Below are positions 1 to 12,300 of a stretch of 64,000 bases of DNA, one piece after another. The stretch comes from Utricularia gibba. Lineage: Eukaryota > Plantae > Magnoliophyta. The translations under genes and the position numbers were made by a program. Positions within the stretch are counted from its first letter, which is position 1. Every line of letters starts with the position of its first letter. The notes below the pieces were generated by a model. That model was not told where the DNA came from and did not search any database. It saw nothing but the letters and a program-made list of their open reading frames with translations. Where the stretch lies: contig NEEC01000020.1 of NCBI GenBank assembly GCA_002189035.1, positions 124,001 through 188,000 on the forward strand. The letters are read 5' to 3'.

Positions 1-383
1 GGAGACCCTCCGGTCCGTAGATTATGCGGTTGTACACATATTTCAGTGCGTCTTGCCGACAGAGCGTGTAGAAGCGCGGTTCGGATGTTCCAAGTTGAGC
101 GAGTGTTGTTGTGTCTTCAAGGGATGGACTTTCTCGGGATTCTTCGGTGTATTCATCATTCGAGTTAGGTGTCTGGGATTATTGTTGTGAATAATTTGTT
201 GATAAATTTGTATTCCTTTATATTGAGGTGCGGGGAGCTTCTGGGTTGGTTTCTTCTAGTGAGTTAGCAATTTGTACTTGTTCTTGATAGGTTACAGAGA
301 ATCGTGTAGGGGTGTTTTTGGTTGACTTCAGAATAGGGTTAGGGTTTTAGATATCTGTTGTGTGTATATATTGCATATACAGC

Positions 384-3300
384 ATGCCCCTGCCTAACCC
401 ATCTCAGTCTGTTCGATATATTGGCCCTGCGACAGCCACCGCCTCTGGCAACCTGGACGTCCTCAACCGGATTTTGGCTGATCTCTGTGTCCGGGGCACT
501 CCTAAGGTATGACCATGGTATTTTGGTTTTGTTTAGAGTTCGTTTTGTGAGTAAATTTTTATTCTTTTTGTTTTGAGCACTGCATGAAATTATCTTTTTT
601 GAACGTGGTTCTGAAGCATTCAGTCCCTGTGGACATTGAGGATTACAAAAAATGATATTTTGCTTTCATGATTGCACTGCTTTTCAGTTGATACTCTGAT
701 TGTTCCTCCTTTGATTTTTCATTTTACTGCTTCATCACTTGATACCCCATGATTCCCTTACGAATTTATTTCTTGGTTTTCTGTGTTTTCAATATGTTTT
801 GTACAATTTTAACGTATTGCAGGATGGGGCTGCTGCATTGTTGCGAAGGCATGTTGAGGAGCAAGCCCATGACCTCAGTGGCGAAGCATTTTCGCGTTTC
901 ATGGATCAACTATATGACTATATCACCAGCCTCCTAGAAAGCAATGAGGTTACCGAAAATTTGGGGGCATTGAGGGCAATTGATGAGCTCATTGATGTTG
1001 GAATAAGGGAAAATGCTATGAAAGTTTCCAAGATTTCCAGTTATATGCGAACTGCATTTGAGGCAAAACGTGAACCCGAAATCTTAGTTTGTGCTAGTAG
1101 AGTTCTTGGACACATGGCCAGAGCTGGAGGAGCAATGACGGCTGATGAAGTAGAAAGGCTGGTATAGACATGTCTTTTGCGTCGGGTTCATATGGTCCGA
1201 CATTTTGCATCATTTGATCGTTGCTTTGCGTAGGTGAAACATGCATTAAATTGGCTTCTCGAGGATAGAGTCGAACATCGTCGTCTGGCAGCTGTTCTGA
1301 TTTTAAAAGTATGCTCCACTCATCATTCAACCCATTGCATCCATTTATTGTTGAAAATTGATGTGACTGTTTTGTAATTTTCTTTATCTTTTGTTGATAA
1401 TTATGATAGGAAATCGCAGAGAATGCTTCCACAGTCTTCAATGTGCATGTGCCTAAATTTGTGGATGCTATTTGGGTTGCCTTGAGGGATCCAAAGTTGG
1501 ATGTCAGGGAACATGCAGTTGAGGCTTTACGTGCTTGCCTCCAAGTCATTGAGAAGCGTGAAACCCGTTGGCGTGTGCAGTGGTAAGGAAGTGTCGTCTG
1601 GTGCATCCACAGATTATTGAGAACTGCTATTCCCTTCTTTTGGTGTCATATTTTAATTGCTCAACCTTCATGGCGTGTTAATGTCATTTACTTGATATTT
1701 CAAGGTTATTTATTATCAAATATTTGTCTGTATTCTAGTATCTTTCATTTGATTGCATGGACCCTTTTTAGCTATGTTTTACTAATGGGATCTTGTCTTG
1801 CCGGCGTTTGATCGCCTGGCTTGTGCTTATGGCAGGTATTATCGTATGTTTGAAGCCACACAAGATGGCTTGGGAAAGAATGCCCCTGTTCATAGTATAC
1901 ATGGTTCTCTTCTTGCAGTTGGAGAACTGCTGAGGTAGGTTTAGGTCGTTTCTAATCTAAACAAACTGCTAATTTAGTTTCTCAATTGTGATAGATAATT
2001 CTTTTTGACAGAAATACGGGTGAATTCATGATGTCTCGGTATAGAGAAGTTGCTGATATTGTTCTCCGCTATCTGGAGCATCGAGATCGGCTTGTTCGCC
2101 TAAGCATTACTTCGTTATTACCTCGAATTGCCCATTTCTTACGTGATCGTTTTGTAACCAACTACCTTACTGTGAGCGCTTTTTCTTTCAAGAAACTATT
2201 TTCTGTCTCTCAATGGAAAATTGAATCTGTCGTTTCATTTTTATAATTTATGATATTTTGTTTGCTGCAGATTTGTATGAAACACATACTCCATGTTCTT
2301 AAAATACCTGCAGAAGCATCAAGTGGGTTCATTGCGCTGGGCGAAATGGCTGGTGCACTGGATGGTGAACTCATCAATTATCTGCCGAGAATAACACCTC
2401 ACTTGCGTGATGCGGTGCGAAATATGTTTTTAATCATAAGATAATAAGAGATTGGGAAAATTTCTTGTGATGCATTTTATGTCTCTGCATAGAAAATTGT
2501 GCATGGATCATCTATTCAGTTGTTGTACATGCTCGTCAAACTGGTCCTTCGTTTTTCTTATCAGCTATCATATGTTTTCAAAGAAAGCTCTTTTTCTCCC
2601 ACAGATTGCACCTCGTAGAGGCCGACCCTTGATGGAAGCTTTGGCTTGTGTTGGGAATCTCGCAAAGGCAATGGGACCTGCTATGGAACCACATGTGTGC
2701 AGTCTATTAGATGCTATGTTTTCTGCCGGATTGTCCTATGTATTGGTTGATGCCCTTGAGAACGTTACTTCCAGGTCTTCTGTCAGATATATCAGGAAAT
2801 TCTTTTTTGTATTTTCGGGTGCTTTGACACAGGCATTCTATCTTGTTGCAGCATTCCCTCTGTTCTTCCCACCATTCAATTACGCTTACTCGAGTGCATT
2901 TCTGGAGTCCTATCTCAAAGTCAGCAAGGGCAGTCGAGGCCTACAGCTGCCTTAGCTCGTACTAGTAGTACAGCAGCTGCCTTACAAGTATCTGAGCTTA
3001 CTGCTTCTGCTCTTGTTCAACTAGCTCTTCAGACCCTTGCTCGCTTTAATTTTAAGGTATTGATTTTGATGCTTTTTTTGCTTTTACTGGTCTCTTTGTA
3101 TGTGACAGTAATACCTGTTTCCCAGGGCCATGATCTTCTTGAGTTCGCAAGAGAGTCTGTTGTTGTCTATTTAGATGATGAGGATGGCTCTACACGAAAG
3201 GATGCTGCTTTGTGTTGCTGTAAGTTGATGGCCAATTCCTTGTCTGGAGTCTCTTCGATTCACTCTAGTACTAGCAGAGCAAATCGTGTCAGTTGGAGGC

Positions 3301-6300
3301 GCCGCTGTCTTGTGGAGGAGGTTAGTTGCCCACTTGCTGAGAAATATGTGCTGTTTGGTATGCTGAAATTCACTATCTCAATTTTTGGATGATTGTGTGC
3401 ATTGTTTACCATGATGCATCCAACCTTTCAGAAAAATAGCAGAATGTTTGCTTAATTTTCATAGTTTTAGTTACATATGTTTATTCCTTACTTGGCAGAT
3501 TGTGGAAAAGCTTCTTACTGCTGCTGTGGCTGATGCCGATGTTACTGTTCGACAATCAATATTCTTTTCTTTAAATGAGACTAGAGAATTTGATGATTTT
3601 TTGGCGCAGGCTGATTGTTTAACAGCAATTTTTGCTGCTTTAAATGATGAGGTAGTGTGGTTTATATATTATCTTTAATCCAAATTTGCTCCTCTCTCTC
3701 GTTTCCCCAATAATTGTTGGGAAAATCGAATTTCAAATAATGCAATCTTTATTCCTTTAGGACCTTGAAGTACGAGAAAATGTGATTTCAGTTGCTGGAA
3801 GACTATCTGGAAAGAATCCAGCATATGTTCTCCCAGCTCTTCGTCGTCATCTTATTCAACTGTTAACTTATCTTAAACAGAGGTACCGTTTAAAAATTTC
3901 CATATACCATCTTTATAACATTTGTTTTTCATCTTGGTGACATTAATTTAATTTTATGTTGCCTCTTTGTGCATTGTGGTCATTGCTGCCATTACTACCA
4001 GTGCCGACAACAAATGCAGAGAGGAAAGTGCAAAGTTGTTGGGATGCCTAATCCGCAATTGTGAAAGATTAATAGTTCCCTATATTGCACCAATACACAA
4101 GGTTTAATAAGCGTTTTTGTAAACATTCTATTGCTGGTGCCATTTTGCTTACTTGAATTTTTATGGGTTTACCAGGCCCTTGTCGTGAAACTTAGTGAAG
4201 GAACAGGGGTAAATGCTAATAATGGCATTATAAGTGGGGTTCTCGTAACTGTTGGGGATCTCGCCAGAGTTGTGAGTATATCCTTCATTTTGATTGTTTA
4301 GATGCCCTTCTATTTGCCTGAATGAGATTTTGTAATTTGGTGACTGCTTTGGGAAAACACAAGGTTTGAGAACATCCTGTACATAATTGCTCACTTCCTG
4401 TGTGTGCAGTTCCCATCATACGTTTGGCATAGAAATACGTAGACCTGTTAAATTTTGATGATTGCTAGAGACTATTGGGATGGTAGATCATTTAAGTGGC
4501 CCATAATGCTTGATGTTTGGTCTGCTTTATGCACACTGCGGATGAAGCTGCTTGCTTTGCTTCCTTGTTCAGGGTGGATCTGCGATGAGACAGTATATAC
4601 CGGAGTTGATGCCACTAATAGTTGATGCTTTGTTAGATGGTGCAGCAGCCATAAAACGTGAAGTTGCTGTCACTACTCTCGGTCAAGTTGTGCAAAGTAC
4701 TGGGTATGAATTACTGTTACACACACATCAGTATTTTTTTCATGTCATGAATTGATGTTACCATGCGACTGATTGGCTTGATTTTTTCCCAGTTATGTTA
4801 TTACTCCATATACTGAGTATCCCCAGCTGCTTGGATTGCTTCTTAAATTGCTCAACGGTGACCTAGCTTGGTCTACCAGACGTGAGGTCTTAAAGGTATC
4901 TGTTGCTGAACTGACTAATGAAGAAGTCATTTCCAATTGTCTTTTAGGTTTATGTAGCCCTGCATGCCTAGGTTCTTGGAATTATGGGGCTTTAGATCCA
5001 CATGCGCATAAAAGAAATCAGCTTAGCTTACCTGGATCTCATGGAGAAGTTTCCCTTTCCACTGGTGATCCTGGCCAGCACATTCGATCAATGGATGAAG
5101 TGCCAATGGATCTGTGGCCTTCTTTTGCAACATCTGAAGATTACTACTCCACTGTGAGAATCAAATTGAGATCTATGCTACGTGTCTGAGGATTTTTTTT
5201 TGGTAGAATGCTGTAGCTCATTTGCTATCATTTGATCCAGGTTGCTATAAGCTCCCTCATGCGAATTTTTAGAGATCCCTCACTTTCTAGTTACCATCAA
5301 AGGGTGGTTGAATCTCTCATTTTCATATTCAAGGTTGGAGGATTGTGTTTATTTTTGTTCTGTTAGCATTTATTGCGTCTTAGACTATGTTTCATCTGTT
5401 CCCATTTGTTTTATTCTATTTTTTTTCTTCTTTTATTTGCTCCCTGAAAAAGATTGTGATTTGGGTTTTCTCCTGTTTTTTGAGGCTAGTCAATGGGTCT
5501 TGGCTGTGTTCCGTACTTACCCAAGGTTGGTATTTTTTTTTTCTGCAATTACTTCTCTGTTGAGCTCTTTTTTCCTGGAATGATCATATTTTTAAATATC
5601 CTGCTGCTAATCATTCTTAATGGGCGAGTGGAATGATCCTTTCTATTCTTGTTGTTGTTATTGATACTCGTTATGTTAATTCTATTTTTAATCAAAGAAT
5701 CGTTGTCAGTTTATGCACTAGGTTAATCATATCAATACTTCGAAAAAAATATACAAAGTTTATTTGGTGCTAACCTACTGTCTTGTTCACTCTATGATTT
5801 TTTTTTTTTTGACATCATGTTTTCCTAGCATAACATGATAATCTTATCTTGTAAATTCTTCTTACTTCTGTCTTAATCACTCTAACTTTTTGGAAACTGA
5901 TCCATCAGGTTTTACCAGATCTGCTTCACACAGTTCGTACATGTGATGATAATCTTAAGGAATACATCACATGGAAACTTGGAACCTTGGTCTCTATTGT
6001 TCGCCGAGTAAGCATCTGTTGCCTTAATCATCAGGTGTCTTTGAATCTTATCATGTTCAAAACATTGTTATTCTGTATGTGCAGCATGTTCGCAAGTATC
6101 TGCAAGAATTATTCTCTCTAATATCAGAGCTATGGTCATTCAGCTTACCTGCTACTACTCGCCCAGCTCATGGATTTCCTGATGGATCTCCCGTAATTTT
6201 CTTTGTCTTGATGGTGCTGTGGATATACTTGTTGATGATTCTGACACACAGTTGATAATCAGGTACTGCATCTACTGGAACAACTATGTCTGGCTCTCAA

Positions 6301-9300
6301 TGATGAATTTAGGATGCATCTTACCTTTATCCTGCCATCCTGCATTCAAGTGCTGACAGATGCTGAGAGGTTTAAAGACTACACCTATGTAAAAGACATT
6401 CTTCATACTCTTGAAGTTTTTGGTGGTATCCATCTCTCACATCTGGCTCTTTTTTGCTTTTATGTGGGAGGTATATGCATTAATGGGTATTCAAAATCTA
6501 TAGGAAACTTGGATGAGCATATGCACCTACTTCTTCCTGCACTGATCCGGATCTTCAAAGTGGATGCTTCAGTTGTTGTGAGGCGTGCTGCCATTAAAAC
6601 TCTTACATCTCTGATCCCTAAAGTACAGGTGCAGTGAACAATATATATATTCATTCAATGGGTCTTTCATTCACATGACCAAATTTACATTTTTTTGTGT
6701 TCTTTTTTTTTTTCTCATTTCACCAGGTTACAGGTCATGTGTCGACCCTTGTCCATCATTTGAAGCTTGTCTTGGATGGGTATAATTTTTTTTCCCTTTC
6801 TTAAATTTTTTGGTGATGCAAGTATAAATTAAGGTAATTCTTGCTTCCGAAACATATGTAGTTAGATACTTAAAGGCCTTTGGTTTAACATAGGGTGAGG
6901 CAGAATGGCTAATCATTTTTGGAATATTACATTATCAGTTTTAAGGCAAGATGCCTCACTTGAACGATATGAATTTTGAAGTTGGATGCCGTAATGGATC
7001 TCCATGACCAATGAATTAAAATGTTGAAAAAGTTCGCAGCCACAGCATCCTCAGCGAATTGCTGGTTTTTTTTTTTTTTTTTTTTTTTTGAAAAAGGGTG
7101 CTTGGATTTTTTTGCCATAAATAGAGATACGAAATGTTGTTTTTATGAACTTTTATGGGAAATAGGTTCTTTTACTAGCGTATGAAAAAACAGGAAATGC
7201 TTGCTTTGGAAAGACACTAGTATGCCTCGCTATTTCTTTGCAGCAAAATTGATGAGCTTAGAAAGGATGCGGTTGATGCACTGTGTTGTTTGGCTCGGGC
7301 AGTTGGTGAAGACTTCTCCATTTTTATGCCATCAATTCATAAGCTCTTACAGAAGCATCGCCTTAGGGTAATATACGCTTTTGGTGGTGGGATTTTCTGC
7401 TGTTTGACTCGCTTCTAGTTAATAGTGCAAGCATTTCTTCAGCATAGGGATTTTGAGGAAATTGAAGCGTCCTTACAAAGAAGAGTTCCCTTGATTTTGG
7501 GAAATGCAGCTTCTCAAAGACAAAGTTGCCCAACTCCTGGGGAGGTAATCAGTGATCCTATAAGTGACATGGAGGATAACAGAACCAGAGTTGATCTGCA
7601 AAGACCTCACGAGGTACATGAATTCTTCTGCTTGAATTAACCCTCGCGCATGCATTAGAATAATGCCATACATGTGGATTATTAAAATTTTATATTTTCC
7701 GGAGTCATCAATACTGCTGTTTCAGACAGCACTGCCTGGAATTACTGTGATAATCTTATCTCCCAAGATTTAGTATTTAACAGTTCAAAGTTGAAGGTTA
7801 AAAATCCCAATTTCAGATATCTGTAGGCATAGGGTTACGTGCTCAACTCTTTCAGGTCAATGAAGCTCGACTGCAATCTGCCGGGGAAGCTTCACAACGC
7901 AGCACAAAAGAGGACTGGGCAGAGTGGATGAGGCATTTTAGCATCGAACTATTAAAAGAATCGCCTTCACCTGCACTAAGGACATGTGCCAAGCTTGCAC
8001 AGTTGCAAGTAATATATGTTTCTCCTATCCTACCTGTTTCTTCATTTTATTCACAACTGCAGGATTTTAGTTTCATAGGCAATATGTTTCTGTTGGCTTG
8101 AGTGTGAGTACTGCTTCCTTTCAGCCTTTTGTTGGGAGGGAGCTATTTGCTGCTGGCTTTGTGAGTTGCTGGACAGAACTGAATGAGCCTTGCCAAAGAC
8201 ATTTAGTCCGGAGCTTAGAAATGGCGTTCTCCTCCCCTAATATACCTCCTGAAATTCTTGCCACATTGTTGAATTTGGTACTGTTTCTGGATTTTTTTAT
8301 CATGGACTTTATTATGATGGTTTCCTTTTCCTTGGGTTTTTCTATTTTACGTGAATTTCATGATGTGAAGTAAATTTGCAGCTTTACATTCTTTCTGTTG
8401 GCTAAATGATTCAAAATTAACAATATTCAGCTAGTTGTTTTGCTATCCCCACAGTAGCATCTGAGATTTGGTAGAATTAAGTTTCATTTTAGATTTCAAT
8501 CCATCCATTCTTCTGCGAAATCCACTGATTGGCACAATATCTTTGCATTTCCCTTGAATTGGCATCCTCATCCCCAGGAATAGGCATGCTTCAATGCTCT
8601 TATGAAGTATTGTATTCCTAATCAGCTTCCTTTTAATGTTTTTAGGCTGAGTTCATGGAGCACGATGAGAGGCCCCTTCCGATTGATATACGTTTACTTG
8701 GTGCCCTTGCAGAAAAAGTAAGTATTATGTGATAAAAATGACATCATAGGCGAGTTTCGCTGATTCTTCTTTGTTTTTGGCTTCAGTGTCGTGCATTTGC
8801 AAAGGCTCTGCACTACAAAGAGATGGAATTTGAGAATGCACAGTCAAACAGGTCGGGTGGGAATCCTGTTGCTGTAGTTGAAGCTCTTATTCATATAAAT
8901 AACCAGCTGCACCAACATGAGGTCATATTTTGTTTCCACGACATGTGCCTATCTTGTAGTTTTACGCCAAATTAAGTTTTTGACTACCTGTTGTGTCCTT
9001 AGGCTGCTATTGGGATACTTACATATGCTCAACAACATTTGGGTGTTCTGCTGAAAGAATCATGGTAAGATATTGAATCTCATTCATGTTTTTTTCTGAT
9101 ATATTTACTTATTTCTTTTTATCTCGTCTTAATTGAGCTGGCTTCATTTTTTCAAGGTACGAAAAGCTGCAGCGGTGGGATGATGCTCTGAAAGCTTACA
9201 CTGCCAAGGCGCTTCAAGCGTCAACCCCACAACTTCTTTTAGAAGCAACACTAGGTGCGCGATTCTTGAGTTCATTTTTATCTGTAACATCTTTTTTCTC

Positions 9301-12300
9301 TTGGTATGGACTGGGTGGTTACAATAGTGCACAACGACTGCTGTTCTTTCATAATCCTGTCTATTGATTGGGTAAAGAATTCTGATGGAATTGTGCTCAT
9401 ATCGACGATCTATCTTCTAAAAAAAATTAAGAAGCAGTCAATCTGTACTTTTATGCGTCTTGATTTATTACTATCTATGAAGTAGTTGTATGTCTAATAA
9501 AACTTCTTTTTTTATTTCGAATATTCACTTTCTGTGTGTTACTATTAATTTAAATCATCATGTTTGCTCAAGGGCGGATGAGGTGCCTTGCTGCTCTTGC
9601 TCGATGGGAAGAGCTCAATGATCTCTGCAATGAGTACTGGGCACCAGCAGAACCACTTTCCAGATTGGAAATGGCACCAATGGTTTTTCTCCTCCACTTC
9701 ACATGACGTTTTTCTCCTCCTCAGTGATGCGTTTAGCTTTTCAACTCACACATTTATAAGTTATCTTATTCTTACGATGATTTATACAATATAAGCATGC
9801 ATGTGTATCATTTAATGGCATCCAATGCTACATCTTCTAAACTCTTGTTTCCTTGGGATTTCATTCTCCAGGCCGCTAATGCTGCCTGGAACATGGGAGA
9901 GTGGGATCAGATGTCCGAATATGTTTCTTGCTTGGATGATGGAGATGAAAGCAAGCTCCGAGTTTTGGGTAATACTGCAGCTACAGGTGATGGGAGTAGC
10001 AATGGGACATTTTTTAGGGCTGTTTTATTGGTTCGTCGTGGGAAGGTACTCCTAAATTTTTTTTATTCTCTTTGTTGGTTCCCAAAACCTTTTTGATTTC
10101 TGTGTGTGTGTGTTTCTCAGTATGATGAAGCTGCAGAATATGTTGAAAGAGCGAGAAAATGTCTTGCAACTGAAGTAGCTGCACTGGTCAGTGTTCCCAG
10201 ATTATGCCCTTTCTAAAATATTGAAGTAGATATGAGTAGTTTATGTTGTTGGGTTGCTGCTTAGCCCTCATTGAATGAACTGTGTCACTTTTGTTTTGTG
10301 CTTTCCTTCCTATTCTGTTGGACGTTTTCTGTCCTTCTCTCCGTTGATAGAATAATATGGAAAAGTTATTTTAAACATGTTTTCCGTCTAAATTTCTCAT
10401 TTTCTCGTATAATTGTGGCAACATTTAATGTTAAGTTGATACTTGGTTGCAAATGCTTTTGGAGCACCCATGTGGTTGTAAATCTGTTTTTTTTTTTTTT
10501 TTAGGTTCTTGAAAGTTATGAGCGTGCCTATAGCAATATGGTTCGAATTCAGCAATTATCAGAATTAGAGGAGGTGTGTACCTTTACCCTGGAAAACTTG
10601 CTTGCATTTGAGGAATTGAAACCTGTTTCAGATATGATAGTCAAAATGGAATTCCTGTTTTCTTGTGCCAATAGGTCATTGATTATTGTACCCTTCCTGT
10701 TGGGAATGCTGTTGCTGAGGGGCGGAGGAGTCTGATTCGTAACATGTGGAATGAACGTATCAAAGGTGCTAAGAGAAACGTGGAGGTAAGCTTGACAGTT
10801 CAGTTAGAATTTACATGCACATGATGCTGTCATGTATCCTGCGGTTCATAATGCAAAATTGAGGTATATAGCTTCACAGGAGGAAATTATTACTTTCTGT
10901 TTTTTTATCGATGAGTTTTATGTCATACATAAAAAAGCCGAAGTAAACCAAAAGTCACGCCAACATTCACCTCATATGTGTGCAATTTTAATAATCCTTC
11001 GTGTATCTCAACAGAATTTCAATAAATTGCAGGTGTGGCAAGCACTTCTGGCTGTGAGATCTCTTGTACTACCACCCACAGAAGATGCAGAGACATGGAT
11101 AAAATTTGCCTCTTTATGTCGTAAAAGTGGTAGAATTAGCCAAGCTAAATCAACCTTAACGAAATTATTACAGGTTAGATATAAGCCTCTATGCATCGCA
11201 ATGTGCAAGGTTCAGTATGTGCTCATGAGCTTTTGAGATCTTTTTACTTTAATTTGTAGTTTGATCCTGAAAATACTCCCGAAAATATAAAATATCATGG
11301 TGATCCTCAAGTAATTCTGGCATATTTGAAATATCAATGGTCACTTGGAGAGGACCATAGGCGCAAGGAAGCTTTTACTAGGCTGAAGGTATGTTGCAAA
11401 CTGGCATTGTAGGTGACAGGAGGGGTCTTTTTTTTTTTTTTTGAATTGGTTTTCTGATGGCGCCTCTGTTTTAGGATTTGGCTATGGACCTCTCAAGAAC
11501 TTCTGTTCCTCAGCAAATAGCATCCTCTGGCATTGTAGCTTCCTCAAACACTCCTCTCATCGCTCGTATATACCTCAAGCTTGGATCTTGGCAATGGACA
11601 CTTTCCCCTGGTTTGGATGAAGTTTGCATTCTAGGTACTGGACAAATCAGATTCTCGCCTCTAGTTTTTCCCGCCTTTTTCCTGCTGACTGCCCTTTTAT
11701 GTAAACAGACGTGGGTGTTTCTTAGCCCACTATTTTACGTAAATTCTGGCACATAAACCTAATTTGATCACTGTGATTTTAGAAATACTTGAAGCATTCA
11801 GTAATGCAACTCAGTATGCTTCTAAGTGGGGGAAAGCTTGGCACAAATGGGCACTTTTCAATACAGCTGTTATGTCTCACTACACTTTGAGAGGTTGTCC
11901 TGGTATTGCCTCCCAGTTTGTCGTCTCTGCAGTCACTGGATACTTTCACTCCATAGCTTGTGCTGCACATTCAAAGGGAGTAGACGACAGCTTACAGGTA
12001 ACAAACAGATGCCAACCTAACATATTGAATGATAGGCTCTATTGCAAATTTAGCATCAGTTAGTATATTCTTGTGATATGCCTGATAAAGAACAAGTGTT
12101 GGGATTGGTATGGCCAGTGCATTCTTCTCGTTAATGCTCAACTCCTTGAAATTTAGCATTTGAGTTACGCTTGTGATCATTGGCTCAGGATATTCTTCGT
12201 CTCCTAACTTTATGGTTCAACCATGGTGCTACCGCCGAAGTTCAGATGGCTTTGCAGAAGGGATTTTCTCTTGTAAACATAAACACATGGTTGGTTGTTT

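Noticed and set aside
4272-6503. U12-like sequences in TOR introns (ATATCCTTC at 4278; donor GTATCCAT at 6426)
   Set aside because: The first lies 6 nt inside a normal GTGAGT-AG intron and the second mismatches GTATCCTT. Neither has a convincing TCCTTAAC branch site.
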